A DNA stretch of 64,000 bases. Origin: Amoebophrya sp. A120 (Eukaryota > Protista > Dinoflagellata). The notes under the pieces are model-generated. The model was not told the DNA's origin. It saw only the letters and a list, made by a program, of their open reading frames with translations, and searched no databases. Every line of letters starts with the position of its first letter. Position 1 is the first letter of the stretch. The stretch lies in contig CAJINV010000013.1 of assembly GCA_905178155.1 (NCBI GenBank), forward strand, positions 176,344 through 240,343, read 5' to 3'. Shown piece after piece: positions 48,179 to 60,153 of this stretch. The position numbers and the translations under genes are program-made.

Positions 48179-49420
48179 CTACGACTTATCCACTTCACTC
48201 TTCTCCTTTCGGAGACGGCTAGTGGAATCCCGAAGCTGCTCCGTGTCGAGTTTTTCGCGAGATATGTCCTCACATACTTTGTCGAGGTCGCGCTGATGCC
48301 TTTCTGTGTCCCTCGCCAGATCTTGCTTCTGCTGTCGTACTCTTTGGTCCCGTTCCACCAAAGTTTTCAGGCATTTGTCTACGTCTCTGTTCGTCTTCAT
48401 AACAGCCTCTTTCTTCTGAGCTGCTTCGCGTAGTCGTCTTTCACTGGCGGCGCGTGCGTTTGCAAGCTCGCGCGCAAACGCGTCCGCGTGTTTCTGCTCC
48501 TCCCTGTCGTAATTCGCGAGCTCCGCGTCCATTTCCTTGATGCGCGCGTCATTTTCCTCGGACCTTCTCCTGTACTGGTCTTGCAGCTCGGCCACTGAGA
48601 GTTTAAGCTGCTCATTTTGGTTCCGGTCCGCTTCCATTGCCCGGGTTCCTTCGATCATGTCCTTATCCTTTTCCTCGCGTTTCTGGCTCACAAGCGCTTT
48701 CCACGAGGCCACGGTCGCATCATTCTTTTCGCAATCTTTCGCGACCTCCTCGTCACGAAGCGCCTGTCGCTCCCTCTTTTCTGCGTCATACGCGTTTTTT
48801 TCGTCCTGCAGGTTTTGCCGCAACATGGCTGCGTGTTCTTCTATTTCTTTGCGCAGGTCCGCGAACACGAGATCGAGCTTTTTTTGGAGCTTCTCGTCGA
48901 CGGTTTTGCGCTCTTCTGCGCGTGCAAGCTGCCGATCCTTCCGGCACTTTTCGTCGTCCGGCGTCTCCTGATTCTGTTCCGAAAAGCACTGGACTGCCAT
49001 ATCCTGGAATCGCGTTGATAGCTGCGTCACAGCATCGTCATCTTCACCACTGGTGACGCCTTGCGTGGCCCCACTGTTGCTGGCTGTGGCGCCGCCTGAC
49101 CCGCTCAATCGCCGGCCTGCTCGATGAGGCGCCGCCTGACCCTGCTCGATGCGGCGCTGCCTTATTTCGCGCCTCAGAAACAACGCAATTCCGCTACCGT
49201 CGTCCGAGTCCTCCGTGGCGCTTTCTTCTAGGTCGGAGCCGCAGCCCGATCCCCCCGTTTCCTCGTCGGAGCCGTCCGCGAAGCACTCCGCTCGCTGGAG
49301 TGGCAACGACTCATTTGGAAGAGACTGGCTTCTTTGTTGTGGCTGACTGGCGTGACAGTATTGCTGGAGGCAAACCAACATCGCCGCTGCATACTTCTTC
49401 CATCTGGTGAGCATCGGCAT
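48179..49420 (-). CDS. Coiled-coil protein with signal-peptide-like N-terminus
   Basis: 413-aa ORF starting MPMLTRWKKYAAAMLVCLQQYCHA, followed by an acidic linker and a long heptad-rich helix. Confidence 0.7.
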   Translation of the reverse strand: MPMLTRWKKYAAAMLVCLQQYCHASQPQQRSQSLPNESLPLQRAECFADGSDEETGGSGCGSDLEESATEDSDDGSGIALFLRREIRQRRIEQGQAAPHRAGRRLSGSGGATASNSGATQGVTSGEDDDAVTQLSTRFQDMAVQCFSEQNQETPDDEKCRKDRQLARAEERKTVDEKLQKKLDLVFADLRKEIEEHAAMLRQNLQDEKNAYDAEKRERQALRDEEVAKDCEKNDATVASWKALVSQKREEKDKDMIEGTRAMEADRNQNEQLKLSVAELQDQYRRRSEENDARIKEMDAELANYDREEQKHADAFARELANARAASERRLREAAQKKEAVMKTNRDVDKCLKTLVERDQRVRQQKQDLARDTERHQRDLDKVCEDISREKLDTEQLRDSTSRLRKEKSEVDKS

Positions 49421-49868
49421 TGTAGTTTTGCTTTTGAAATAAACAAGCTATAAAGTCGATGTTTCTTACTTTTTATGTTTGATAAAGTGTGCAGTTTTTT
49501 TACCACCGCATAAAAAAAGTATGACAATCAACAACGGAAAAATAATATGCTGAGTCTACTTACACACTAACACGTAGGCAGTCCTCTGCGCCTTTCCAAT
49601 TGACGTCTGGGCAGTCGCTTGCGGAAGAAAAATAATAAAAAAATAAAGTGTTGTATCTGCCGTTTTAAACTCATGAAGATCGGAGAAAGATTAAAGAAAA
49701 ACACCTCAAGAAGAGTTTTTGAGACTAATTACACTATGTTGCGTTGTGTACTTCCATACAGGAGAGGTAAAGATCTTCCTTCTGATTCCGTGTTGGATCC
49801 AGTACAAAGGCAGCTACAACTACCAAAAGCAGCTAAAATGTCCAGGCACCTGCAACAATCTGCGGAAC

Positions 49869-50668
49869 GTGCGCGCCTGCGGCAACTCATCACGCGATCA
49901 CCGTGCCTGCTTACGTGACTCAGTACTTGGTCGCTAACAGCATCATCTCTTTTGCAATTTTGTCGCGTTCGTCGTGTAACTAGTGTCGGAGAGCGCTTTG
50001 ATTTTCTGGAGCAACCCATAATTGGCAGCACCAAAATCGATGATCCTGATCTCGGAGCGCACAGCTGCAGCTTTCGCCGTGGCTATCCAATTTAGTAGAG
50101 GCTATTTTTCACGGAGGGGGTTTTCCTATATTCCGTGTCTGATGGATCTGTGATGGTGCGAAGCCATTGCATATGACAGCGAAGTTATTTTCAGAGGTAT
50201 CGAGCACCGGAACCGGATCAACTTCAGAGCAGATCATCTCGTCCGCCTGTGAAGTCTGAACGCTGTGAAAGTCTTACACTTAGCGGTCCTCTCGAAGCCA
50301 CACCCACTTCAGTTCTGTGCAAAATACATAAACACTGCTTTCATGTAGAGTATGTCTGGTCTGGAACTTTGATGCTACTTCGAAACAAAAGACGTGTACA
50401 GGAGGAGGTGGAGAAATTCATCATAATAATCTCGTATCTCTTGTTTGACTTTGCAGGCAGCGGCATGACCACAGAGCACTATTCTTGTACAAGGATGCTG
50501 TTGCAATGTACGCAGGGCCGTGAGTGGTCGATCACGCTCTTATGGTGGCGCCATGCTGCGACAATTCATTTGTTGATTGTAGAGTGCAGATTTTTAGATA
50601 CCGCTGTATGCATTTACACTACAAAAAATTGTTGCTGTGCAGCCATTCGGTCTCGACGGCCTCGAGCG
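49869..50668 (-). pseudogene. Decayed protein-kinase-like relic, copy 1 of an ~800-nt direct duplication
   Basis: Minus-strand EIRIIDFGAA, followed after a frameshift by TLVT..TRQ. Many stops. Strongly similar to 58487-59303. Confidence 0.45.
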
Positions 50669-51039
50669 GTCTTGTATCCCTTGCAACAGGATCATGAGAT
50701 CAATCAGCGGCCCATCTCTGAAAACCACCAGGCTGCGACACTTTCGTTCCACGACCACCTGCTGACGAAGATAAAACAGAAACCGTCCCTTGAACAAACG
50801 ATTACGACAAGACAACTTCACAAAATTTTGATTGTATTTATTAACGAAAAAAGTGTTCATGTAGTTTTTGTTACATTGATTCATCATAGCGCCGGCGTGA
50901 GTGATAATCACGGCGGGAAAATGCGCAAAATATATTATTTTTTGCCAAAAAGTGCGATCTTGCGTGCGCTTGTACCAGCCGCCAATTTTTCCCCCAATAT
51001 AGTTGGGGCTGAGTCCGTTACGGCTCGTTACGGCTCGTT

Positions 51040-51640
51040 TGACCGTAACGAACGAATTTTCGTTCGTTCGTTACGGTTCGTTACGGTTCGTTTCACCGTA
51101 ACGAACGAACGAACGAGTCCGTTTGTGTCATCAGAACGAACAAACGAACGAACGAACGAACGAACGCACTGGCTTTGCCATCCAAACGAACGAACGAGCG
51201 AACGAATGCGTGTTCGTTCGTTCGTTCGTTCGTTCGTTCGTTCGTTCGTTCGTTCGTTCGTTCGTTTCACCGTAACGAACGAACGAACGAACGAACGAAC
51301 GAACGAAGTAGCTTCGCAGGTTCGCTAACGACCAAACGAACGAACGAACGCATTTCGTGAGCTCGTTATGGTTCGTTTCACCGTAACGAACGAACGAACA
51401 AGTCCGTTTCAGGCAGCCACGCAAACGAACGAACGAACGAACGAACGAAGGGGTTTGTGTTCGTTCGTTCGTTCGTTCGTTATGGTTCGTTTCACCGTAA
51501 CGAACGAACGAACGAACGAACGAAGTGGCTTCGCGGGTCCGCTAACGACCAAACGAACGAACGAACGCAATTTCGTGAGCTCGTTATGGTTCGTTTGCCC
51601 GTAACGAACGAGCGAACGAACGAACGAACGAACGAACGTA
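51040..51640. repeat. (AACG)n/(CGTT)n microsatellite blocks in alternating orientation inside element A
   Basis: Directly visible, punctuated by GTTACGGTTCGTTTCACCGTAAC units. Confidence 0.95.
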
Positions 51641-51674
51641 CCAAACAGTATGGCAATAGAACGAGCGCGTGAGC

Positions 51675-52281
51675 CAGAGCAAAAGCTGAAAGGAACAAAA
51701 TGCAGAGTGCCGTCGGGGGAAATATTCCGCGCGACGGTGCTCTGCGTTTTGCGTGAGCGTGATTCACGAGAGGGACCCTGAGACCCTGAACAGACCGCGA
51801 TCTGCCTACCCGTGCCAGACACGGAGAAAACGAAAATCCAAAAGGACGAAATGAAGGCCCCAGCGATCACGAAGGGGGAAGTCCGCGCTGCCTGGCTGCA
51901 GGGCACATCGGGGCGCCACCCCAGCGGCTCGACATCCACTACCCATGACCGTCAGCTGCGCAACGTGCGCCTTTTGAGGCAGAGCAAAAGCTGAAAGGAA
52001 CAAAATGCAGAGTACCGTCGGGGGGAATATTCCGCGCGACGGTGCTCTGCATTTTGCGTGAGCGTGATTCACGAGAGAGACCCTGAGGCCCTGAACCGAC
52101 CGCGATCTGCCCACCCGTGCCAGACACGGAGAAAACGAAAATCGAAAAAGGACGAAATGAGGGCCCCAACGATCACGAAGGAGGAAGTCCGCGCTGCCTG
52201 GCTGCAGGGCACATCGGGGGGGGCGCCACCCCAGCGGCTCGACATCCACTACCCATGACCGTCAGCTGCGCAACGTGCGCC
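51675..52281 (+). repeat. ~305-nt tandem duplication inside element A
   Basis: Units start cagagcaaaagctgaaaggaac at 51675 and 51980, and both end gtcagctgcgcaacgtgcgcc. Confidence 0.9.
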
Positions 52282-52880
52282 AAGAAAAGGCAGCGACCAT
52301 GACGCACCCAGGGGCCGCCCGCGTGGAGGACACGCATACAGAACTTTTGGCCCCCGCACTGCCGAGCCGGACCGGCTCACTCGGATCGATGCACCGGGCT
52401 CCGCCTAGAAGAACACGAGCAAGCGTACGCCCTCGCCGTAATCGGACGGACGTCCAGGGCTCCGCTCGGACACGCCGCTTGGACCGCAGAGACGAGCATA
52501 GCGCCGCATTTCTCTTTGACGAGCAACCGCCTGCCGGAAGATCTCACCGGACCTGTTCGCTAAAGAGAAAAGCACAAAGCCATCGCCGGATGTTCTTCGC
52601 CGTCTCGCGAAAGACGACGAGGGAGCTTTCACCTTTTGCAGTGTTCACGCACGGACGTCTTTTTCCGAAAATCGGACTCGTTCGTTACGGCGTTACGGCC
52701 CGTGACGAGCTCGTTCGTTACGGTGAAACGAACCGTAACGAACCGTAACGAACGAACGGGAATTTCGTTCGTTACGGTGAAACGAACCGTAACGAACGAA
52801 CGAAAATTCGTTCGTTACGGTCAAACGAGCCGTAACGAGCCGTAACGGACTCAGCCCCAACTATACTCTTTTCCCCAATA

Positions 52881-55800
52881 GACCTGGGTGTGAGGGGGAA
52901 AAAAACGGGTTAATCCGGTTTTTGTCGAAATCGCGGATTTTTTTGTCGATTAACCCGGTTTTTGTCGAAATTCGTGTCGAAGCCGCGAAATAACCTTGAT
53001 TTCGACAAAAACCTTTGTCCTTCATTTCGACAAAAATCGAAATAACCCGGATTTCGACAGAAATCTTTGTCCCCCATTTCGACAAAAATCAAAATAGCCC
53101 GGATTTCGACAAAAATCTTGGTCCTCCATTTCGACAAAAATCGAAATAACCTGGATTTCGACAAAAATCTTCCTGCCCCATTTCGACAAAACCTGAAATA
53201 ACCTGTATTTCGACAAAAATCTTCCTGCCCCATTTCGACAAAACCTGAAATAACCTGTATTTCGACAAAAATCTTCGTTCCCCACTTCGACAAAAATCGA
53301 AATAACCCGGATTTCGACAAAAATCTTCGTTCCCCATTTCGACAAAAATCGAAATAACCTGGATTTCGACAAAAATCCTCGCCCTCCATTTCGACAAAAA
53401 CCGAAATAACCCGGATTTCGACAAAAACCTCGACCTGGCGCAGGTCGAGCGGGGCAAATAGGGCGGGGCTTGGTGAGGGAAAGGCGCGAGGAAAGGGGCA
53501 AGGCCAGGCAATGGGATAAAGTACCTCGGAGAAGGCTCTTCGTCGCTGCGGGCCAGCGGGGTAGATAGGGCGGGATTGCGTGCGAACCCGGTGTCGGATT
53601 CCGCCGCCGTAACCTGCACCCCGGGGCCGGACCGGGAAGCGGGTTACGACGAAGAAGGCGAGGGCGCCGCAGTTACGCGTCCACGCGGATACGCGCCCCG
53701 GCGGATACGCGCCCACGCGAATACGCGCCCACGCGGCACCCAAAATCCGACCCGGGGTCCGCACGCACCCGCGCGAACGTCCCGACCTCGATTTTGTCGA
53801 AATCCTGGTTAAAGTTACTAAACCCCGGACTTCGACAAGAATTTCGAAAAAAACTGAGCTGTCCCGGCGAGCCCGGCGAATCCAAAACCAGACCCGGGCC
53901 CGGGGCCCAGTCCCGCCCTATCTGCCCCGCTGGACCTGCACCCAAAACGCTCCCGGGCGAACGTCCCGACCTCGATTTTGTCGAAATCCGGGTTAAAGTT
54001 ACTAAGCCTCGGACTTCGACAAAACCGAGGTTTAGTAACCAGGATTTCGACAAAACCGAGAACATCCCGTCTTCGACCACCCAAAACCCGATCCGGGTTT
54101 TGCAGCCACCCCCGCCCTATCTGCCCCGGGGGGGCAGCACCCAAAACGCTCCCGCGCAAACGTCCCGACCTCGATTTTGTCGAAATCCTGGTTAAAGTTA
54201 CTAAACCCCGGACTTCGACAAGAATTTCGACAAAAACTGAGTTGTCCCGGCGTGCCCGGCGAATCCAAAACCAGACCCGGGCCCGGGGCCCAGTCCCGCC
54301 CTATCTGCCCCGCTGGACCTGCACCCAAAAGGCTCCCGGGCGAACGTCCCGACCTCGATTTTGTCGAAATCCGGGTTAAAGTTACTAAACCTCGGATTTC
54401 GACAAAACCGAGGTTTAGTAACCAGGATTTCGACAAAACCGAGAACACCCCGTCTTCGACCACCCAAAACCCGATCCGGGTTTTGCAGCCACCCCCGCCC
54501 TATCTGCCCCGGTGGGGCAGCACCCAAAACGCTCCCGCGCAAACGTCCCGACCTCGATTTTGTCGAAATCCGGGTTAAAGTTACTAAACCTCCGACTTCG
54601 ACAAAAATTTCGACATAACCCGGACTTCGACAAAACCTGGGCTGTCCCGACGAACCCAAAGCCAGACCCGGGCCCGGGGCTCAATCCCGCCCTATCTGCC
54701 CCGCTGAGCCTGCGCCCAAAACGCTCCCGCGCGAAAGTCCCGACCTTGATTTTGTCGAAATCCGGGTTAAAGTTACTAAACCTCGGATTTCGACAAAAGT
54801 TTCGACATAACCCGGACTCCGACAAAACCTGGGCTGTCCCGACGAACCCAAAGCCGGACCCGGGCCCGGGGCTCAGTCCCGCCCTATCTGCCCCGCTGAG
54901 CCTGCGCCCAAAACGCTCCCGCGCGAACGTCCCAACCTTGATTTTGTCGAAATCCGGGTTAAAGTTACTAAACCCCGGATTTCGACAAAAATTTCGACAT
55001 AACCCGGACTTTGTCAAAACCTGGGCCGTTCCGACGAACCCAAAGCCAGGCCCGGGCCCGGGGCTCAATCCCGCCCTATCTGCCCCGCTGAGCCTGTGCC
55101 CAACACGGACCCGCGCGGACGTCCCACCCGGCTCTTGTCGAAAGCGGTTTTGTCGAAATCCGGGCTAAAGTTACTAAACCTCGGATTTCGACAAAACCGA
55201 GGTTTCGGAACCCGGAACCTCGGCAGAACCGAAAACATCCCGTCTTTGACCACCCAAAACCCGAGCCGGGTTTTGCAGCCACCCCCGCCCTATCTGCCCC
55301 GGTGGGGCAGCACCAAAAGTGCCCGCTCCGGACATACCCAGACGCAGCCCCGCCGCACCCGCACTGAAAAAGAGGCAAAGGGGAGGGCCGGGTGACCCGG
55401 TCGGATTCCGGGGAGCGCGAACTCCGTCGTTGATCCGCACCTTTTATTTCGAAAAGAAACTACCGCAGCGGCCGATTCTCGCCCGAGGCAAACTTTCTTT
55501 GCGAAAAAATAAAGACGAACGAAACCAAGGGAGCCCCTGCACAAGGGAACGGGGTCACCCGCCCGAGGACAGCGCTCGCCACCTTCCCGCAAACGAAATT
55601 TTGTCGAAATCCGGGTTATCCGCGATTTTGTCGAAATCCGGGTTGTTCTCAATTTTGTCGAAATCCAGGTTAATATTCCCGGTTTTGTCGAAATCCGTGT
55701 CGAAACCGAGAATGACCCGGATTTCGACAAAATCGACCAACCCGGCGAAACCGCGGACCCGACCACCGCGGATCCCACCGACGGCGGCGGTTAAAGTTAG

Positions 55801-56017
55801 AAAACCCCGGATTTCGACAAAAATTTCGACAAGAAAATCGACAGACAGTGTCGCCCGTGGTTATTTAACCCGGATTTCGACAAAAATTTCGACAATAACC
55901 CAGGTCAATTCGCGGCTTCGACACGAATTTCGACAAAAACCGGGTTAATCGACAAAAAAACCCGCGATTTCGACAAAAACCGGACTAACCCGTTTTTTTC
56001 CCCCTCACACCCAGGTA
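52881..56017. mobile_element. Non-autonomous TIR DNA element B (3.1 kb) with TA target duplication
   Basis: ~105-nt near-perfect TIRs (ACCTGGGTGTGAGGGGGAAAAAAACGGGTTA...). TA at 52879-52880 and 56018-56019. No transposase ORF. Confidence 0.9.
53000..55310. repeat. Hierarchical repeats inside element B: ~58-nt units (53000-53430), ~383-nt units (53770-54540), ~183-nt units (54540-55100)
   Basis: Core TTTCGACAAAA recurs dozens of times in both orientations. Confidence 0.9.
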
Positions 56018-56205
56018 TACCCTTTTCCCATTTTCGAATCGAGCATACCATGCGGATTAGACTTCAAACACCACGGTATGATGAGTTCACCTTTAACAAC
56101 TCAAAAATTTAAACCGATAAAGAAAAATGAAGCTGCTAGTTTTGAAATTCGGATGATAGCAGCCGCGTGAGGCCATGACTAAATGGTAAATGGACGCAGA
56201 AAAAA

Positions 56206-57200
56206 TTATCGTCTCGTAGAGTAGCAGCGATTTATTTTTCGCCCCGAGCCTAGGGATAGCGTAGGCACTACAGGTGCAGGCGCTGTCGGAGCAGGCGCTG
56301 CCGGAGCAGGCGGTGCCGGAGCAGGCGCTGCCGGAGCAGGCACTACAGGAGCAGGCGCTGTCGGAGCAGGCGCTGCCGGAGCAGGCGCTGCAAGCAGGCG
56401 CTGCAGGAGCAGGCGGTGCCGGAGCAGGTGCCGCTGGCGTACCTTTTGCAGCGGGAGCCCCGGGTGCACGGGCAGGTGTCTGTCCTCTTTGTAGCGTAAT
56501 AATCACTGCAACTTCAGGCGACGTCGCGGGAGGTGGTTTGGGAGGACAATTTTGACGACCGCTAGGAGTGGAACTGGATGGCGCAGTTGGTAGTGCCGAG
56601 CTGTTCGTCACACCCATATTGGAAATGCTCGCAACCGAAGCTGCCTCCTGCCCGGCGGGCACAGGTGCCACAACTGGAGGACCGGCAGGAAAAGTTCCAT
56701 TGTGAACCGGTCCGAGGTCTCTCCCGTGGCCCCAATGTGCTGGCGCATCCTCGGCGCCATGTGAAGGCTCTTGTGGACCCTGCACAGAAGACGTAGACGT
56801 TGGCTGCGGCGCTGATGATGGCAGGGCTTGAACGTTTGGCTGCAGGCGTGTTGCCGACGGTGCTGCAGTAGAGCCAGATGACTGCTGACGGTTTGCTCCA
56901 ACTGGGACAACAGCTTCTTGACGTGAGAGCCTACTGCGAGACCGCGACCGCGAAGCGCGACGAGTAGCCCCTGAGGAAGTAAGAGCTGAGCCACTAGCGG
57001 ATGTCGACGAGATTACTGTTGTGGTATTTGGAACCACAGAAGGGCTTTCCGCTGCTGGGTGACATGGGGCTGCGACGTCTGCCGAAGCCCGTATTGCAAT
57101 TGAAGATACACCAGATACCGACCCCGAAGAGTAATTTTGATAAGCATTTCGGACCCCAATTTGATACCGACACGATCGGGTCCCAATTCATGCTCAGTTT
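56206..57200 (-). pseudogene. Ser/Pro/Ala-rich low-complexity coding region with 15-nt PAAPA repeats and a frameshift at ~56391
   Basis: ORF 56093..57037 switches from PAPAAPA to SACSG repeats; the PAAPA frame continues in ORF 56206..56469. Confidence 0.5.
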
Positions 57201-58486
57201 GCAGATCACCAGTCGGAACTGGATCCGGAAGCGGAACCCTTCTTGGGCGCATCTTGGGCTGCTGTGTACGGATGATGCGACGCAGCCGCAGCGGAGGACT
57301 CGGGCCCCCAGGCGCTTGCAGCCGCGGCACTCGCTCAACGTTGCTTTGGCTAATGTAGTAGTTCGAGGCGCTGGACGAAGATGACAGAGCAATCACTTGC
57401 GATATGGTCGCGACCTGATGGTAGAGAAATAGTAATCTTGTACAGATGGAGTAGCGCCGTTTCTGCGGCCAGCGCCAGCACGCAGCCAATCCCGGGCTGA
57501 GCTGATGAAGTGGCACGCTGGGGCGGAAAGATGCTGCCATTTTTGCATGTGCGTTCTATTCAGGAGCCAGAAGATACACAGCCTTTTGAGGCAATACCGT
57601 TCAAATACAAGAGCTGCAGCCGTGGCACTAGGCAACAATGGATTACAAATACAAGTAACTACTATCTTAAAGCCGACGACCCACAAAAAAGTTGCTGGTG
57701 AAAAGATTTTCTTTCCTTAGGAGTCAAAAATGAAACAAGGGAACGAGTGTGGATCAATCATGTCTGATTATGCTGGAAAGGCTTAGCATGAATGCAAATT
57801 TCATTTCCATGGAGCCCTTTTCCGGGACAATTCAGGATCATTCTCCATGGCGCCCTTTTTTCACTCCTGCCAGAACGCGTGAAAGTAGATCTCGTGGTAG
57901 TCAAACAAGATCACTCAACCACGACTAAAAGTGATAATAAATGCCCTAAATGTCATGATGTTTTCTATGTTTTCCCGAAACCTCAATAGGCATGTTTTCA
58001 TAATTCATCAGCTTATTGTCATGCGTACCCGACTGCACCGCATCAAGAACCTTTGCGTCGTCGCCTCAAGCAACTTCGGACGCAGGAGCCTGCCCTAGGT
58101 TCAGAACCACAAGAGACACCCAGGGCGCTCTTTATTTTTTTTGTCATCCGATCTTCTTCATGAAAGAAAGTGAAACTGCGACAGAAATCCGCAGTAGAAA
58201 TGGATGGATGACACTTTCAAAAAAGATCGAGAACAACAGATCGATGTCGGATTCTGATGAAGAGCATGATAATTTCATTGAAGCCGTGTTGCTTCGACAA
58301 CCGATTGAGATCATGTGAACTTTACTTAGGTCTCCAGAGGACGCTGCTGCACTTCGGACCTTCTTGTGCAAACACCGAGAGCTTGTTTTCACCATTTACT
58401 TTAGTTCTCGGCGAAATACTAGAAGTCCAAAGATAATTATATATCGAATGTTGGCTCGCTTATGCAGACGAGATCTTCTTTTGCGT

Positions 58487-59303
58487 GTGCGTCGCCTACT
58501 GATCACACGATCAACGTGCGTGCTCCCGTGACTCGATACTTGGTCACTGACCGCAACAAAACTGCCTCTCTTTTGCAATTTTGTCTCGTTCGTTCGGTAT
58601 TAAATGGCGTCGGAGAGCGGCTTTGATTACCTGGAGCAACCTATGACTGACAGCATCAAAATCGATGATCCTGATCTCGGCGCGGACAGCTGCAGCTTGC
58701 GCCGTGGCTATCCAAAGTTGAGGCTACCTTTCCCGGAGGGAGTTCTCCTTTATTCCCTGCCCGATGGATCTTTGATGATGCGAAGCAATTGCAGATGACA
58801 GCGAAGTTATTTTCAGGGGTATCGAGCACTGGATCAACTTCAGAAGAGATCATCTCCTCCGATGCCTGTGACGCGTGAACACTGTGAAACTCTCGCACAG
58901 AGCGTCTCTCTTGAAGCCACACAACACACTCACTTCAGTTCTGTGCAAAATACATAAATACTGCTTTTATGTAGAATATGTCTGGTCTGGAACTTTGATG
59001 CTACTTCGAAACAAAAGACTTGTACAGGAGGAGGTGGAGAAGGAGAAACTCATGATGGTAAAAATGTCGTATCTCTTGTTTGACTTTATAGGCAGCGATA
59101 TGACCACAGAGCACTATTCTTGTGCGAGGATGCTGTTGCAATGTACGCAAGGCCGTGAGTGGTCGATCACGCTCTGATAGTGGCGCCATGCTGCGACAAT
59201 GCATTTGTTGGCTGTAGAGTGCAGATTGTTGGATACCGCGGTATGCATTTACACTACGAAACTTTGTTGCTGTGCAGCCATTCGGTCTCGACGGCCTCGA
59301 GCG
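58487..59303 (-). pseudogene. Decayed protein-kinase-like relic, copy 2
   Basis: Minus-strand LKLIQCSI/PENNF across a frameshift (compare LIHTDLKPENIL), and EIRIIDFDA. Duplicate of 49869-50668. Confidence 0.45.
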
Positions 59304-60153
59304 ATTCGGTATCTCTCCACTTCTATATATTCCATTTTATGTACGACTACTTAAACTTATGTATGTAATATGACATCGCGCATTCTTTTAATTCAAACTT
59401 TAGAGCGGGTGCGATTTAGATTTTCCGGAATGCTCGTCGTACATTACTTGATGATGCTTCTCAATCAATTCGTCGCTCACGATCTCCAAGATACTGCACC
59501 TGCTGCATAAAAACGCCTCTGCTCTCGTGCCTGTAGTTAGAGTTTATTTACAGATAGAGACGATACGCTAATTGAACAACAAGCAGCCAAGTTGTATTGC
59601 CTAAAAATCTACAATTGATCTAAATCGTGGCCGTTGACTGGTCATGCGGATTTGCATTTGCCCGCCAACGCTAAAGGATATCAACTGCATGGCGATAGTA
59701 TACCTTGATCATTCGGAGTGCGGCGATGGCGTTTTGCTAGAAACTGTGTAGTTTGCAAGGGAAGGTCTCGGCGTCTCGATCGGTCACTTCCAAATACACA
59801 GGAACTCGCGGATTTAACTTCCAACGCGCCCGTGGTCCACTAGAAATAGGGAAAGAAGAAAATAGATGTAGTAAGTAGTTGATGACACCTGTTTTATTTA
59901 ATATTTGACCATCGGGATTGGCATACTATTTCGGTTTCGCGCACAGAAAAATGACGAAAGCATACTGGTGCCACGTTCGAAAGCTGCACTTGGCATCAAG
60001 TCTAGCAAGCCTAGGAAGATACCTGCTTGCTTCAACGCAAGACGCCCTCTTGGTGCCCTCCTATCAAATAGAGCGGCCATTCTGAACGTTTGCTGTGACA
60101 AGAAGGCCCACGTGTGAAATCCTGACTCTGTTTTGTTCCTCGCGATTGGAATC

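Larger units (their letters stand above)
51000..52863. mobile_element. Non-autonomous TIR DNA element A (1.86 kb) with TA target duplication
   Basis: Perfect 83-nt TIRs beginning TAGTTGGGGCTGAGTCCGTTACGG. TA at 50998-50999 and 52864-52865. No transposase ORF. Confidence 0.9.

Noticed and set aside
53000-55310. CRISPR array
   Set aside because: The intervening sequences are near-identical rather than unique spacers, no cas genes are present, and the array lies inside a TIR element.
50249-55948. Track ORFs across the repeat region (ERTN/RSFV and FVEI/LSKS peptides)
   Set aside because: They are by-products of stop-poor tandem repeats and show no transposase motifs.
49869-59303. LTR retrotransposon bounded by the 800-nt repeats
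   Set aside because: No TG...CA ends, target duplication, primer-binding site or gag/pol remnant seen; the repeats carry kinase-like motifs instead.
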